A stretch of 37,505 bases of DNA from a virus (Duplodnaviria > Caudoviricetes). The notes beneath the pieces were generated by a model that made no database searches, was not told where the DNA came from, and saw nothing but the letters and a program-made list of their open reading frames with translations. Of the stretch, positions 35,323-37,505 are shown piece by piece (the first letter of the stretch is position 1; each line of letters begins with the position of its first letter). The DNA lies in IMG/VR virus record IMGVR_UViG_3300044674_002913, positions 1-37,505 of that record. One strand, given 5' to 3'. The position numbers were made by a program, and so were the translations under genes.

Positions 35323-37128
35323 ATGTTTTTAGGAATTCTTACATTACTAGTTGCTCTTTGTATTTCAGGCATTGCAGCTTACTATAGCATCATTGGCTTG
35401 ACTGCTATTTTTGCAGCAGCCTTCTTGCCTATTGTTCTAATGGGCAGTGTGTTAGAAGTTGGTAAGATCCTAACAACTGTATGGCTACACCAAAACTGGC
35501 ATCGTGCACCTAAGATTATACGTGGCTATCTAACAACGGCTGTAATAGTACTCATGTTTATTACAAGCATGGGTGTGTTTGGTTTCCTAAGTAAAAGTCA
35601 TATTGAGCAGTCTAGTGTAGGCGCAGAACAGATTGCACTAGCACAAAATATTGACGATAAGATTACACGTAGCCAAGCAAAGATAGAACGTTGGACAAAT
35701 GAGATTAAACGTCTGAATACAGGCGGAGATAGCACTCGTATTGATAGTTTAATCGCCAGAGAGCAACAGCGTATCAAGGACGCTAATGCTAGACTACAGC
35801 CACAGATTGATGCTGAAAACGCAAAGATACCCGGACTACGTAGTCAAGCACAAACAGAGATTGGACAGCAGGAAAAGCGCCTAGTAGATGCACAAAAACG
35901 TGCAGAGGCTAGTATTAAAGTAGCGCAGGATGAACTTACAAGACTTGATAATGATGTAGAGGCTTACACCAAGCAAGGTACTACAGGCTCAAGCGGATTG
36001 TTTAGCAGTTCAACAGATAATGTTGCTAAGGGCGCTGAACTAAGAGCTAGACAAAAGACAGAGCGTGATAAACTACAGGCTGACATTGACCAAGCTAAAG
36101 CAAACGAACTAGCCATTGCTAGTAGAGTGCAAGCAGAGATTCGTGCAATCAATGGTCGTCTAGCAAATAGTATTAAAGAAGTTGAAGCACGTATTGCTGT
36201 TATTCGTAAGAGCATTGATCCAACAGTCAAGAGTGCTAATGAAAATATTGCACGTTACACACTAGAAGCAGGTAATGCCAACAAGGGTGTAGATACACGT
36301 ATTGCTGATATTGAGAAACTAATAGAAAACGAACAGCCCGTTATTGATCAGCTACGTGAAGAAAAGTTTGTATTTGAGAAAAAGTACAGACAGTTTGAAG
36401 CAGAAGTAGGCCCAGTAAAATACATCGCAGAACTTATCTATGGTGCAGCAGATAAGACATTATTAGAGGAAGCGGTGCGTTGGGTGATAATTATAATAGT
36501 AGCAGTTTTTGATCCACTTGCTGTATGTTTAGTTCTTGCTGGTACAATGACTATATCATGGTGGAGACAGGACAGAGGCAAAAACGTCAAACGTAAAGTG
36601 GTACGAGTTGACGACCCTAGATTAGAGGAACTTGAAATGAAACTAGGCCAACATAATGACATTCTCGGTGAACTCGAGAAACTACTAGATGACAATCTAG
36701 GTAAGATGGATCCTGCAGAGTATGCAAAACTCAAAGCAGAATATGATAGCATGGTGCAAGAACGTGACACACTTGCAGCCTCCCTCGCAGAAGCAAAAGC
36801 AGAGTCAGATGGTCTAGTTGACAAGGTTGTTGCTACTGAGGCAGAGCGTGATGCACTTGCTAAACGTTTAGATGATGTTGCCGCTGGCAGTACAGCATTT
36901 GAAGCACGTATTGAGGAACTATTAAAGCGTATTGCAGATCTCGAAGCAGAAGTTGAACGTAGGGATAAAGTTGTTCTTAAGATGGCTGAGAAATATCAGC
37001 TAGTTGAGAAGGATGATTTTGGTGACTCGTTAGTAGCAGATGCTAATGACGATGGTGTACCAGATATGTTCCAAACAGATGATGTATCATTTAATGATGT
37101 TGATGATATTGTATCAAAAAAAACGTAA
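35323..37128 (+). CDS. Membrane-anchored long coiled-coil protein
   Basis: Three N-terminal TM helices, coiled coil, TM near VIIIIVAVFDPLAV, second coiled coil. Confidence 0.8.
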   Translation: MFLGILTLLVALCISGIAAYYSIIGLTAIFAAAFLPIVLMGSVLEVGKILTTVWLHQNWHRAPKIIRGYLTTAVIVLMFITSMGVFGFLSKSHIEQSSVGAEQIALAQNIDDKITRSQAKIERWTNEIKRLNTGGDSTRIDSLIAREQQRIKDANARLQPQIDAENAKIPGLRSQAQTEIGQQEKRLVDAQKRAEASIKVAQDELTRLDNDVEAYTKQGTTGSSGLFSSSTDNVAKGAELRARQKTERDKLQADIDQAKANELAIASRVQAEIRAINGRLANSIKEVEARIAVIRKSIDPTVKSANENIARYTLEAGNANKGVDTRIADIEKLIENEQPVIDQLREEKFVFEKKYRQFEAEVGPVKYIAELIYGAADKTLLEEAVRWVIIIIVAVFDPLAVCLVLAGTMTISWWRQDRGKNVKRKVVRVDDPRLEELEMKLGQHNDILGELEKLLDDNLGKMDPAEYAKLKAEYDSMVQERDTLAASLAEAKAESDGLVDKVVATEAERDALAKRLDDVAAGSTAFEARIEELLKRIADLEAEVERRDKVVLKMAEKYQLVEKDDFGDSLVADANDDGVPDMFQTDDVSFNDVDDIVSKKT

Positions 37129-37162
37129 GGGCATCTGATCAACTAGCCGTTCTAGGTGTCCT
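37116..37162 (+). other. Candidate programmed -1 ribosomal frameshift site
   Basis: A8 run (A AAA AAA) followed by AGGGCATCT/AGGTGTCCT stem. Confidence 0.65.
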
Positions 37163-37451
37163 AGATATTAATGATGCGGCAAATGTTAATTTTGGCACAC
37201 GATTCCCACAAGCAACCAAGGGTGATATATTTGTACGTGTGGACTTTATGCCAAACAAAGTTTTTAGGAATACAGGCGACCGTTGGATAGAAATACCAAA
37301 AACATATACTCAGATATATTTAGACAATAACGAGTATATTGCATATCTAGCACATGAGCTTGCTAATAAAAGAATGGAAATAGAAGATTTATCAGGAGAG
37401 GAACAAGAAGAAGTTGCAAAATACATTAGTAACAGTCGTAACAGAACCTGA
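37122..37451 (+). CDS. -1 frame C-terminal extension of the coiled-coil protein
   Basis: Frame open from the A-run: NVRASDQ...FGTRFPQATKGDIFVRVDFMPNKVF...WIEI. Confidence 0.6.
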   Translation, partial: NVRASDQLAVLGVLDINDAANVNFGTRFPQATKGDIFVRVDFMPNKVFRNTGDRWIEIPKTYTQIYLDNNEYIAYLAHELANKRMEIEDLSGEEQEEVAKYISNSRNRT

Positions 37452-37505
37452 CTTATATTTTAATGAGCAGCCTTGTTTTTTAATTATAGGGGATGAGGTA
37501 TATAG

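Noticed and set aside
543-36824. Numerous minus-strand ORFs in the track (e.g. 5827-6507, 22098-22679, 29133-29696)
   Set aside because: They are antisense shadows of well-supported + strand genes with no motifs; only 11173-12090 is credible
1-37505. Stop-codon reassignment
   Set aside because: Conserved genes are intact in the standard code and end in TAA, TAG and TGA

Overview
AT-rich, densely packed segment, almost entirely + strand, of a large T4-like or jumbo myovirus genome. The host is probably an alphaproteobacterium, inferred from the permuted tmRNA with a GGCAGTA T-loop and ANDN...ALAA tag. From left to right it holds: late head and virion genes; an NitT/TauT-type ABC binding protein and permease with tailoring enzymes; a PD-(D/E)XK exonuclease; a tail protein; nrdA and nrdB; a four-gene ATE-like/amidinotransferase cassette; glutaredoxin, purS and PAAR; a two-piece tmRNA; SNase, SleB and a 2OG oxygenase; an early-promoter module region with a second binding protein and a GC-rich ABC ATPase; a structured tRNA-like RNA; a deaminase; virion proteins; and a membrane coiled-coil gene. 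The best leads are a 47-aa ORF inside the tmRNA intervening segment, a ubiquitin-like domain fused to a LamG-type virion protein, a tRNA-like RNA with complementary loops, a likely programmed -1 frameshift, the ATE-like/amidinotransferase cassette, and an ABC transporter split over about 22 kb. All family calls come from reading motifs by eye; no database searches were run.
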